A DNA stretch of 64,000 nucleotides from a virus (taxonomy: Duplodnaviria > Heunggongvirae > Uroviricota > Caudoviricetes), in IMG/VR virus record IMGVR_UViG_3300021400_000932, one strand, 5' to 3'. A model generated the notes under the pieces. The model worked only from the letters and a program-made list of their open reading frames with translations. It was not told where the DNA came from and ran no database searches. A program made the position numbers and the translations under genes. This document shows, piece after piece, positions 1-10,100 of the stretch; the first letter of the stretch is position 1; the number at the start of each line of letters is the position of its first letter.

Positions 1-497
1 CCATACATAAGTTTGTCAATCTCAGCAAATCCGGTGGGAATTCTTGTTTCTTTGCTCGCATCTTGAACTATCTTAGCACGTTCCTCTGCTTGCTTGATAA
101 TATTCATAGGCTGAACATTATCAAGACTCATAGCAGATTCGCATTGTCGTTCGATATACTCCCAAACTTCTGACACATCACCAGACATCAATTCCTGCAA
201 CTTATTAAATGTGGCAAGGAAAATTATGTACTGCTTATTCTTTCTTATGTGTTCTTCCAAATACTGAGTGGTCTCATTGACGTCTACAAGAGTAATATTA
301 TCATCAACAAACTCAGCCTGAAATGTAAATATATCCGGAATCGTACCATATTTACTGCGGTGGTCTAGGATGAACTTGATTTGTTTTCCATACACAGAGT
401 AATATGATTCATCATACTCACAAAGGGCATCTATCTCTGCTTGGTCTTCTGAGGTCAGCAATCTGGAAATCATCTGTAGTTCGATTCCCTGAATCAT
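1..497 (-). CDS. DnaB-like replicative helicase, N-terminal part (runs off the left edge)
   Basis: Not in the ORF track. Manual translation from ATG at 497 gives MIQGIELQMISRLL...RIPTGFAEIDKLMYG with no stop. IPTGFxxID is the motif preceding Walker A in DnaB-family helicases. ATGA overlap with the upstream gene. Confidence 0.75.
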   Translation of the reverse strand, partial: MIQGIELQMISRLLTSEDQAEIDALCEYDESYYSVYGKQIKFILDHRSKYGTIPDIFTFQAEFVDDNITLVDVNETTQYLEEHIRKNKQYIIFLATFNKLQELMSGDVSEVWEYIERQCESAMSLDNVQPMNIIKQAEERAKIVQDASKETRIPTGFAEIDKLMY

Positions 498-1075
498 TTA
501 ATCACCGCCCTCTTCAACTGTTCGGACAGATTACCGAAGAATGGACCATCACCCACTAAGGAAGATATTGATGGTGTAACAAGAATTGTGGATAAATTAT
601 TTCTCGCTTGGATTAACTGCAATAATGTCTGACACTCAAAGTTTTTGAAATTCACATAATCCATATTAGAAATAATAAGCACCTTTGCTTTCTTTGCAAA
701 GATATTCATATAGTCGAGTTCTGTCGTATTTGCATTAGCAGACCAACTCTTTTTGACCAATTCAAGGTAATGATAGAATTTTAGATTATATACGGCGCAC
801 CGTAACTGACTACCCTTCCAGTTATGACAAACAGCACAATATGTTAGATTGTTAGCCAAATCTGTGGTAGATTTAGATGGAACAACCACCATCTTGCCCT
901 CAGCCTGAGCTAAGATAGATTCACAGTAATTTATGGATTCTTTGCCCTGTGCGAATGCACTATTTGATATGTCGATAGAATTTCTATCCAGCAGATAGTT
1001 ACTTTCTGTGTAGGTGGGACAAGACTTATCGCAAAAGGCATTCATACAATGACCGCTAAATATACAATCAATCAC
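494..1075 (-). CDS. Degenerate DnaC/IstB-like helicase loader with Cys-rich N-terminus
   Basis: N-terminal CxxxxxC...FCxxxC. The stretch VLIISNMDY...LLQLIQAR..STILVT resembles the DnaC Walker B and downstream region. No canonical Walker A. Coupled to the helicase gene. Confidence 0.5.
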   Translation of the reverse strand: MIDCIFSGHCMNAFCDKSCPTYTESNYLLDRNSIDISNSAFAQGKESINYCESILAQAEGKMVVVPSKSTTDLANNLTYCAVCHNWKGSQLRCAVYNLKFYHYLELVKKSWSANANTTELDYMNIFAKKAKVLIISNMDYVNFKNFECQTLLQLIQARNNLSTILVTPSISSLVGDGPFFGNLSEQLKRAVIK

Positions 1076-2243
1076 TGCGTTCGAGCCTCCTTACGATTGG
1101 ATTTCTGGATACTTTGTAATTAACTCGGCTTGCGACACACTGCCTCGCCAACTTGACAGCATCAGTATAACCGAAGTCGCTATAGTCTGATATAGTCAAA
1201 GGTAAAGTCAAGAATGGGTCTAAATCGCCGAACATGGGATACTTGTGTTTGATTCCATCAATATCCCTTTCAAGCAGATACCGGCGAACAACATATTCTT
1301 TAATAAAATCTGCTTGCTTTGGAATTATCTGAGATTCCGGAAGGTCATCCCAGACATCAAGAATATTCACCAGCTTACCGTCTATCTCAATATGAGAATA
1401 AAAACTACACTGTTTTCCATCAAGTTCCCTTGCGAGTTTGAAGAAGTGCGGATACTGTATAAGATTTTCGATAAGCTGCTGTTCCGTATATTCCTTAATA
1501 GGAAGAATCAATCCGAGAATAGGATGAAGTCTTATTCCGCTAACTGGTTCATACATAGATGCAGCTCTGGTTCGGATTCTGACATTCGGATACAGCCTTA
1601 GCAGTTCCTTATCTGTCATCTGCGATGGATTTGTAGTGCAAGACACCTCATTCTGCTTTGTGGGGATTCTCGGCAGGGTTTCATAAATTGTGTATGTTTC
1701 AGAATCTACTACACCGGTCATCCACACCTTGGAATAATCAATCTGTGGAATAGTCGGGGCCTGAATATATAAATCCTGCTTTGATGTAGGTGTAAAGATA
1801 TTAGATACCGGAGGAAAAACCTTTGGCAATGTAGTTTCATTCTTCTTCGGTCGTTGAGTAGTAGACTTTTGATGAACACCAGTATCAATATCCGAATCAT
1901 AATGCACATTCACATCCCACTCAATACCATCTACCGTAAGGTAAACATCACCGAGAGTTTCTTGTAAAAGACTTTCTTCTATGTCCGGCATATTGTTAAA
2001 CGGGTCCTTTGCCGACCAGTTGAATGGTAGAGGGTCATTCGCATACACAGCATATGTAATGATATTGAGTGCCTTTACAACTTTCTGTTTGTACTGGTTG
2101 GAATTCCTAAAATGTGAAACTACATAGGTAATCAACTTTGCATGGAGTTCAGAAATTTTGCCCTTTACAACTCGGTTGACGTCATATCTATCAGAAATTT
2201 CAGTAAACCGTATCCGATTCATGGTGGTATATTTTAGGCTCAT
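1068..2243 (-). CDS. Hypothetical protein (391 aa) in the replication operon
   Basis: Long ORF overlapping both neighbours; no family recognised. Confidence 0.75.
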   Translation of the reverse strand: MSLKYTTMNRIRFTEISDRYDVNRVVKGKISELHAKLITYVVSHFRNSNQYKQKVVKALNIITYAVYANDPLPFNWSAKDPFNNMPDIEESLLQETLGDVYLTVDGIEWDVNVHYDSDIDTGVHQKSTTQRPKKNETTLPKVFPPVSNIFTPTSKQDLYIQAPTIPQIDYSKVWMTGVVDSETYTIYETLPRIPTKQNEVSCTTNPSQMTDKELLRLYPNVRIRTRAASMYEPVSGIRLHPILGLILPIKEYTEQQLIENLIQYPHFFKLARELDGKQCSFYSHIEIDGKLVNILDVWDDLPESQIIPKQADFIKEYVVRRYLLERDIDGIKHKYPMFGDLDPFLTLPLTISDYSDFGYTDAVKLARQCVASRVNYKVSRNPIVRRLERSD

Positions 2244-3112
2244 CCGTCATCAACTCCTTGTTTTGGTCTTAATATTCGTATAGCCATATCCGGCTTTGAA
2301 AACCTTGTCCGTATCTCCGTAGCCAAGGATTTATTTTTGTTTCTCACAAAATCAGCCACAGCTAAACCATCGAGAAAGATTTGGCTATTCTGCAACTCTT
2401 GTTTCGTAAGTCGGTATAAACATTCTGAAAAGAGGATATCACTTATCAGCACAGCTTCGAGAGTGTATTCGTCTATATCTTTCTGCTTACTCATCTTGTA
2501 TATTTCATATGGAACAGCATACTTCACAGTTTCTGATTCTAGTTTCTGACACCACATTTCAATATGGCTCTGCAACTGATACAATGTATTATTGTGACTT
2601 GCTTTGCCGAATGCAAGAATGAAATTACGAACCCAATTTGACAATTCGGTTGCTTTGTATACGCCTGGATGGTCAATGAATCTTGCATGGAACCATCGGT
2701 ACAGCGATTTTGCACACATATCAACTTCTTCATACCCAAATTCCATTTCGGCAGCATCCGCAAACACAGAATCAAACAGAACAAAGATATTATCTTTTCC
2801 TGTATTTATCGGCTGTATCACAGCTTTTAAGTCAGCCGGTTGGGTATTCTGAACAGTTTCATTTATCTTATCAATCAAGTTCCGTGACAGCTCATTGAAT
2901 TCATCTGAGGTTTCATCAGGAATAAGCAAACCCTCTTCAACCAATGGCAACATCTTATTGACAGCTTGCATTAGATTAGTGACAATATCTTGATACCGTT
3001 GCTTAGTCTTGGCATATTGAACCTGTGGGCGATGCTCAACCACATCATTAACCAACCGCAACACCTTTTCAGCAGTATCCGATAATGAATGTAATCTATT
3101 GTAATAATCCAA
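2240..3112 (-). CDS. Hypothetical protein (290 aa)
   Basis: Long ORF with an ATGA-type overlap to the next gene. Confidence 0.75.
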   Translation of the reverse strand: MDYYNRLHSLSDTAEKVLRLVNDVVEHRPQVQYAKTKQRYQDIVTNLMQAVNKMLPLVEEGLLIPDETSDEFNELSRNLIDKINETVQNTQPADLKAVIQPINTGKDNIFVLFDSVFADAAEMEFGYEEVDMCAKSLYRWFHARFIDHPGVYKATELSNWVRNFILAFGKASHNNTLYQLQSHIEMWCQKLESETVKYAVPYEIYKMSKQKDIDEYTLEAVLISDILFSECLYRLTKQELQNSQIFLDGLAVADFVRNKNKSLATEIRTRFSKPDMAIRILRPKQGVDDG

Positions 3113-3150
3113 TTCAATGTCACCCCCTCAGAATAGAAATGTGCTCAAAT

Positions 3151-3357
3151 TTATTTCAAATCAGAAGAATCTTCCGGATGTGCTTGTGCTATAGCCATAT
3201 AATGCTTTTCGAGTATGAGCCTTTCAAGGTAAGTACTCATAGGCAATCCGGCAGCATCCGATTGTTCTTTCAGCATTTCCAAAACATCGGGCTTCATAGA
3301 AAATCCCTTGGAAACCGTAGGGTTCTTAGACTTATATCTACCCATCAGAAATCCCAC
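3151..3357 (-). CDS. Ribbon-helix-helix (CopG/Arc-like) DNA-binding protein
   Basis: VSKGFSMKPDVLEMLKEQSDAAGLPMSTYLERLI fits the RHH strand-helix-helix pattern. Confidence 0.55.
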   Translation of the reverse strand: MGFLMGRYKSKNPTVSKGFSMKPDVLEMLKEQSDAAGLPMSTYLERLILEKHYMAIAQAHPEDSSDLK

Positions 3358-3626
3358 CCTTCATATAATAGTGTATTTACATATTAACATAGGTTGCCAC
3401 AAAAAGCAATATACTAATTGTTATTTTAATCAAATAATTTTGGGAAACAGTTACACATATTTATAATAACGATTCAAACATCTGTATTTTATACTGCTTC
3501 GGAAGATATTTTTACTAAGGCAGGCAAATTTCATGTGGCGGACAGCGCTGAGCCGGTCAGCGGTCTGGGTGGTCGGCGGCCAGGGAAGGTTGCGGAAGCA
3601 TATAAATATAAACAACAAGCAACAAG

Positions 3627-3662
3627 GCCCAATCTCTGATTGGGCTGTTTTTATTTCTTTTT
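3627..3662 (+). terminator. Rho-independent terminator-like hairpin
   Basis: GCCCAATC-TCT-GATTGGGC followed by a T-rich run. Confidence 0.55.
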
Positions 3663-3741
3663 TAGAAAAATGGTAAAATTTTATTAAATTTTATATTTCA
3701 ATTTTATAGTTTTATATTTTATTTTATATATAGGGGGGGCC

Positions 3742-3950
3742 AAATTCCAAGAAAGTTGGGAATTTCAAAGTACCAAATTCCCAGAAAAGTGGGAAATTCA
3801 TTTTGGCAAATTTTGGAAATTCCCAGAAAAGTGGGAAATTGAAATTCCCGAAAAGTTGGGAAATTCATTTTTGGGTTCGATTTATAAGGGTTGAAATTCC
3901 CGAAAAGTTGGGAAATTGAAAGCATCAAATTTCTAGAAAGTTGGGAATTT
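3742..3950. repeat. Six 24-bp imperfect palindromic repeats (iteron/operator-like), candidate origin
   Basis: Consensus approximately AAATTCCCRRAAAGTTGGGAAWTT at 3742, 3775, 3817, 3842, 3894 and 3927, beside a very AT-rich tract (about 3650-3730) in a divergent intergenic region. Confidence 0.85.
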
Positions 3951-4014
3951 GATAGTTATAGATTACTGATTTGTCATTGATATTACGTGTTTGTAATTCT
4001 ATTTTAGAAAAATA

Positions 4015-4025
4015 AATCGTTATAT
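4015..4025 (+). promoter_or_regulatory. Phage promoter-like motif AATCGTTATAT
   Basis: The same motif recurs on the coding strand upstream of many genes; here it is on + upstream of a + strand gene. Confidence 0.6.
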
Positions 4026-4063
4026 GGGGTGAAGTCAAAAGACGAAAAATTCAAAGTTAGGAG

Positions 4064-4387
4064 TTGCTTTTCATGTTCAAAACAAAGAAATCTCGCAAGG
4101 AATTAATCATCACACTTATCTCTGCTGTTGTCTCCGTCATTATTTTTTATATTGCAAGGATAGCTATAAGAGGTAATATGTCCGGAGCTGCCGGTGGTGA
4201 ATTACTCATTCTTCTCATTCCCATTATTGTGTATTTTGCTATTAAGAACTGGAAACTGTTTAAGGAAACTTGTTTTCCGGAAGATACCACATTCGATGAT
4301 TATTTTGATGAATATTTTACCGGCAAGGATATGATAGAAGATAAATCATCTAAGGTTATTGATATCAATGACTTTATTACACGTTGA
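4064..4387 (+). CDS. Small membrane protein
   Basis: Two hydrophobic segments and an acidic C-terminal tail. Confidence 0.65.
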   Translation: MLFMFKTKKSRKELIITLISAVVSVIIFYIARIAIRGNMSGAAGGELLILLIPIIVYFAIKNWKLFKETCFPEDTTFDDYFDEYFTGKDMIEDKSSKVIDINDFITR

Positions 4388-4551
4388 ATTTGCTCAAATT
4401 CTCTGTTTAGGACGAACATAATTCACAAAGTTGATAAAAATTTGGTAGATTTCGCATAAAAGGCTTTACTTTATTTTCTTTTTGGTATATTATAATAATT
4501 AAGGAATTGTTATTAGTATGCTGATTGAAATATGTGGAGGTCTGCCGATAG

Positions 4552-5364
4552 ATGAAACAAACCGTAGATGACCTTTATCCAACAAAATTAGATAAGAAAC
4601 ATTTGTCATCCGGCGAATGGATTAAATTCAGGACGATTGAATTATATGATTTTCTTCCGCAGACTACTTTAGAGGAACGAGATTCATATAGAATCATTCG
4701 TGATGAGGTCATTCGCCTTAATTACAAGTTCTTTGGGTTTGTTGCTAAGTCTACATATGTGGCGTCTCCGTGTATTCAATATGAAGATAAATTCCAAGCT
4801 GGGTTAGCTAGTTTTTGCAAGATGTGGTCTAAATTTAGATTTGCCTCTAAGTATCGAATAGATTTGTCCTTTGCCACATTCTTCAAGCCAAGATTGTCAG
4901 AAGAAATATCAAGAGCGCTAGGAGAAGTTAAATATTCTACAGAACGAGTTCTTAAAATGAAAGCTGCATCACAACTCGGAATACACTGGAAACAGTTGCA
5001 GTATGAAGATTTGAAAAAAGTAAATTTACCAAAGCAGGAAATAGCTGCGTTAGAGGCTATGTTCGGTGTTATGTATCCTGCAAACATAGAAGACCATGAC
5101 CCATTTCTGCATAGTACAAAAAACCTTGAAACTACGGTTATCTCTACTCTGTATTCAGATAGATATGATTCTGTAGTGGATTTACTAATCCACACTATGG
5201 TTGAGACAGAATCTCTTATTAGCGATAAGGATTTACTGAAGTTAGCCGAAATTAATTGCATTCCCTTTGAAACATTAAGGGAACTAAGACCCAAAGCAGA
5301 AGCAAAATTGAAACAAATTCTTGAAAATGCCTGTGATACACAAGATGTATTTAGGAATGAGTAG
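4552..5364 (+). CDS. Phage-encoded sigma70-family sigma factor
   Basis: Region-2-like VIRLNYKFFGFVAKS...EDKFQAGLASFCKMWSKF...SFATFFKPRLSEEI; GGAGG RBS. Confidence 0.7.
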   Translation: MKQTVDDLYPTKLDKKHLSSGEWIKFRTIELYDFLPQTTLEERDSYRIIRDEVIRLNYKFFGFVAKSTYVASPCIQYEDKFQAGLASFCKMWSKFRFASKYRIDLSFATFFKPRLSEEISRALGEVKYSTERVLKMKAASQLGIHWKQLQYEDLKKVNLPKQEIAALEAMFGVMYPANIEDHDPFLHSTKNLETTVISTLYSDRYDSVVDLLIHTMVETESLISDKDLLKLAEINCIPFETLRELRPKAEAKLKQILENACDTQDVFRNE

Positions 5365-5383
5365 AGATTTATATAAAAGAAGT

Positions 5384-5420
5384 GCCCTCAGAGTGATTAG
5401 ACTCTGAGGGCTATATTTTT
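5384..5420. terminator. Terminator hairpin between convergent genes
   Basis: GCCCTCAGAGT-GATTAG-ACTCTGAGGGC flanked by A- and T-rich runs. Confidence 0.75.
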
Positions 5421-5468
5421 ACTTCAATCTTTTAGACGCATATCTGCAAGATTGAAAGTTGCGCTGAT

Positions 5469-5945
5469 TTATCCCCAAATTTCATTGTAGTCTTCTATGA
5501 GTTTGGAGAAATCAACATCATCTTGCAGAGCTTCGATAGCTGCATTGTTCAAATTTGCTTGGAGCAGTTCTTTATCGAAGTCATTTGCGGTTGTGTGGGA
5601 CAACAAGATTTTATCTGTAACATCTTCCATATAGGCGTGTAGTTCATCAGGAGTGTAGTTATCAAGAGCAAATTCTGGGTCTACTTCTTCATTCCCGACC
5701 TGAATCGCTTTACCGTCCGAACTGCATATATAAAGAGTGTCATCGACAACTCTTGTTCCATACATCAAATCTAAATCAAGGGCATCGAAACCATCATACA
5801 CAGCGGTGTATTTTAAGAATACATTTTCTATGTGGTCTTCCGCAAAATCATCAAATTGTTTCATTGATACCGGATACCAAGATGTACCTGCGATTGTTTC
5901 TGCAGACATAATTGAAGTCTGTCTATTAGTCTTTTTGATAAACAT
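5469..5945 (-). CDS. Acidic hypothetical protein
   Basis: 158 aa ORF with GAGGTGG RBS. Confidence 0.7.
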   Translation of the reverse strand: MFIKKTNRQTSIMSAETIAGTSWYPVSMKQFDDFAEDHIENVFLKYTAVYDGFDALDLDLMYGTRVVDDTLYICSSDGKAIQVGNEEVDPEFALDNYTPDELHAYMEDVTDKILLSHTTANDFDKELLQANLNNAAIEALQDDVDFSKLIEDYNEIWG

Positions 5946-5956
5946 ACTTAACCACC

Positions 5957-6700
5957 TCAGTTTACAGCATTGGAGAATTTACCCTTTTTATCTCCGGTTA
6001 GTTTCCTATACTTGAACTTACTTCTGACATTCACATAGAAGAAGTGACCTTTTGATGGTGCGCTGACAAATCGACGCCACAACGAAATTGGAACATCGAA
6101 GTATTGATATATTTCGCCAGGACCACCATTTCGACCTTTGAACTGAATAAACATATCACCTGTCTTGTCGCCATATTTCTTTACATTAAAACCGTAGCTC
6201 CACATATTACTGCTGTCAACTTTCACCATTGTGTCGGCGATATTCTTAGTTGATATTGCAGCCATGACGGGAATATCAGAATAGTCATCATCTTCCAGAA
6301 TATCTTCAGTCATCAGATTATCGAGTTCTTCTTTCATAGTTTCCATATCTCCAACAAGTACAGTGTATGTTTTTGGTGTATTCTCACATTGTTTCATGAT
6401 AGTCCAATCCTGCTTGTATGTATCATACTTCGCAGAGATAGATGTACCATCGAGTTTGCATTCATACAGGTCATCTTTCTGTTTCTCAAATCCATAAGAT
6501 TTTAGGATTTCATCATAGAAATCAGCACTTTCGATGTAGTCCTCTACAGCACCGATGTTGACAAATCCGGCATTATACATAGGCTTTTTGTTCTTGGAAA
6601 CATACAACCTACCATTTGTTTCTGTAGCGGAGTACACACCGGATTTATATACAGTATGACCGAATTCATTGTGCTTAGTAAACTTCATAGTACACCTCAT
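5957..6700 (-). CDS. KTSC-domain protein with an N-terminal extension
   Basis: C-terminal VDSSNMWSYG...IQFK...IYQYFDVPISLWRRFVSAPSKGHFF is KTSC-like; the probable start is MKFTK. Confidence 0.75.
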   Translation of the reverse strand: MRCTMKFTKHNEFGHTVYKSGVYSATETNGRLYVSKNKKPMYNAGFVNIGAVEDYIESADFYDEILKSYGFEKQKDDLYECKLDGTSISAKYDTYKQDWTIMKQCENTPKTYTVLVGDMETMKEELDNLMTEDILEDDDYSDIPVMAAISTKNIADTMVKVDSSNMWSYGFNVKKYGDKTGDMFIQFKGRNGGPGEIYQYFDVPISLWRRFVSAPSKGHFFYVNVRSKFKYRKLTGDKKGKFSNAVN

Positions 6701-7101
6701 TAAAAGATGAAATCATATCCTTTGAATCGTCTCGAAAGTCGTTTCTTGACTTTGTTGAGCATTTCTTCCGGAGTTGGTTTATCCTCTGGTTTGAATACAT
6801 CACACCCAAGAGTTCTTTCTTCGGGGGTTATCTCTATGGTGTCAATCCGTATCTTGTTCTGATAGGTAGTAACATTGATACGGATTTCCATTTCATAGAG
6901 GTCATCCCCAATAGAGATATTGTATTGAGATACTTTATCTACTAACTCTTGGGGGATTGTATACAACACAGTTACATCTATCTCGCACATATTAGACTTG
7001 TATCGGATATTATGAGCTCCGTCTAATCTGTTATAGATGTATTTGCTTATAGATTTTACCTGTTTGCTTGCAGGTGGGGTTTGTTGTGCTAATATATTCA
7101 T
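6700..7101 (-). CDS. Hypothetical protein
   Basis: 133 aa ORF in a continuous operon. Confidence 0.7.
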   Translation of the reverse strand: MNILAQQTPPASKQVKSISKYIYNRLDGAHNIRYKSNMCEIDVTVLYTIPQELVDKVSQYNISIGDDLYEMEIRINVTTYQNKIRIDTIEITPEERTLGCDVFKPEDKPTPEEMLNKVKKRLSRRFKGYDFIF

Positions 7102-7104
7102 AAC

Positions 7105-10100
7105 TTATCCTCTGTACCTAAATACACCGCTGACTTCCAGATTTATATGTTCGCTGTTTGCATTTGAGGTGTTATATGCATTTGGGAATTGTGAGTTGTA
7201 ACCATCAGCATAACTGAAACCGATTATTGTGATATCACTATTGGCGTCCATAAGGGCGGCACTATTGAATAAATTACCATTCTTGTAATGCCTACTATTT
7301 CCTCGTAACCCACAAGCGGCAGACCAAGATGCTCTGTCTGCATTAGTTACATTCCAAATTCCAGAAGTAGCACCCGTTGTGTCTTCAAATCTGTATTTAG
7401 ACCTATCGCTATTTTTAAATAAGGCAGACAAGGTAGAGGGTGTAAATGTAATATTTACAATATTTGCCTTTTTGCAAGCAATATTCGAGTTTAATGTGTG
7501 CTTGAAAGCAAAGACATTTGTAACATGGTCGATGTCTATGCTCCCATCTTGGTTATGAACGCCATCATAAGTACTGCGTGCCCAACCATCGCCACCATCA
7601 TTAATGGAAAAACGTGCATTTTCTCCATTTTCATAAATGTAACAGGCATGACCGAAATTTGTGTTTCCTGCATGAACCCCATTTGAATCGGTGTCAAAAG
7701 AAACTTTAATTGCTACAGTGTTTTTATCGCCAGATGCAGCAACATATACACGTATTCTTCCCGATGTAACATTGAACTTGTTCGGAGAATTGATTGTAAA
7801 GCCAGTTCCATATGCTAATTCTGTATAATTGCCGTTGCTATAATCCGGCATAGTATTTGTAATGATTATACCATTTTCATTGACTGATACATGTATGCCA
7901 GTTCCTTGTTCAGCAGCAAAATTCGGATATAAACCATATGCATTAACAGCCATACCTTTAGCTGAGTTTACTTTAGCGCTTATATGTTTTCCAGATGAGT
8001 TTACATCTGTTCCGCCTGTTCCCTCAGCGATGGAAATGCCAGAATTAGTTTCCGTAGACAATGACAGCAATCTAGTATTGTTGGCAGGATTATACTGAGA
8101 GTTTATACCTGCACCGGACTGGATGTGCGAGTTGAGGAAAACCATTAGATTTCTGAGGAATGTTTCAGAATTAAGTAAGTCTATGGACTTATTATTCGCC
8201 AAGATATCTAACAAGTCATCCCAATGTATCTTACCATCCGATGGTGATACATCTCCACCTGTACCCGAAGTAGCATAGTCAGCACCACTAGCATCAGCCA
8301 GCGATACTGCTTTGGTTTGATGGTATCCGGCAACATTAACTACTGTCTGTATTCCGGTGGTAGGTCTGTATTCTGCGGGGATGGGGATTGAGATTGTTTT
8401 CGGAGAACTTTCTTTGAGTGTAGAAGTTATATCTAAATCACCATTAACAGAAATTCCCGTTTCGGAATCATATGAGGTAGATGACCGCATGCAGAAGAAC
8501 AAAGGAATTCTAAAACCACCTGGCTTTAGACCGCTCTCCTTTGGCTTTGTCATATCATAGAACATTGCATATCGAAGAGCTTCTGAAAGAGTGCAGTTCC
8601 AGTAATCGCTGTGTACACCAACATAAGATGCTACTTGTTGACCGCCATTTGGTCTGGGAAGTTTATATAGATACTGGAATGCACCAAGCATATCTCTATC
8701 TACTCCGCCCGCATTAGTATCTCTATCATATATCACCTTAGACTGAGGGAAAAGCTGGCGCAACGTGACATTTGCATACCTATCCTGCCAATCCGTATAC
8801 TCATCTGTTGGTCTTGTATTTGCCGGAACTTTTCTGTTAGGTTCAGTTACAGATGCAACCGATGAGTTTACAGAGTCTATGTATGTTTGTATAGTTTGGT
8901 GATTTGATGATGGTAATGATGGACCACTTCCGGTATACCAATAATTTCCAAGATAGTCAGTATAATTTCCTGCTTCAATCTTGTAGTAATTTGTTTCGGC
9001 TTCTTCGATATTATTCGCATCAGGAAGTAACGGCCACGGTAGCGACAGAACACCGCCATACCTCTTATCTACGAAGTCAACTTTGTTTGTTGTCATCTCA
9101 ATAGGCACAATCGTGATACCACGAATATCTCTACCAGACACATAACTTCTTGTGATAGAAAGAGCAAAATAATACTTCGTGTGCCAATTTGTTGGATACT
9201 TGCTTATAACATGATTCTTCATGCCCTTACTCATTTCCCAGTCCAATGCACCTGGGGTGGTAGAAGGAAATGACAATTTTTCCATAGCATCCAGAGCTTG
9301 ACCCTGTTCTGTCGGAAGATAATAAGTATTTGCCTGATAGGTTAAACTCGATGGGTCGTCTATTTTGACATATCCACCATTTTCGAATTTGTAATACTTT
9401 TTCTTACCATCATTAGTAGTCCAATCGCTGGGCGGAGTCTGAGATGTAAGCACATTGAATGTATAAGTATAACCAAAATTAGATTTAAAGCTATCAGAAA
9501 AACATCCTGATATTCTTCTACTAATTATGTTATGGACAAAGAAGTAACCATTGGGTTCTCCGGAGTTTGCTTGTGCAGCAAAGTATGGAGAAATTGCCTC
9601 TGTATTAGATAATGACCCAACAAAAGGTTCTGTGTAAGTATCTGCCACAGGTACGCTCGGTTTATCCGTAAGCGTAGAATCCAGTTGCTTTACTACAAAG
9701 TCATTGGTATTACGATAAAACCCAAAATTGTTCGGAATCTGGGTTTCAAAATTTTTAGATTGTTCATAAGCATCGGTTTCTTGAAGATTTTGAAACAGCT
9801 TCAAGGTTCCTGGTGCAACCGTATCCAGTGGGTTTAGCTTATTTTCCGAGCTTGTGTCATCAGCATTAGCAACAGCTCGCACACCGTATAGTGCCGGTGG
9901 AAATAGACTTGACCTCTGATATACAGTTAAAATTGCAGCATCATCACTAGCGATTCTCAATTTAGATATTGAGAGGGGAACCTGAGAATCCGAAACGCCA
10001 TTATTTTCATCTTCATAATATGTTTTCGGGTTTGTGGTCGCCATATCAATGATAGCATGCGACTTCACTTCTGTAGACGGTCCATTGTTGATTCTGCGAA

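Noticed and set aside
3719-3928. 69 aa ORF with repeated FPTFLGI
   Set aside because: It is just the translation of the DNA repeat array and has no RBS.
3742-3950. CRISPR array
   Set aside because: Gaps between repeats are 1-28 bp and irregular, the repeats are degenerate, and no cas genes are present.
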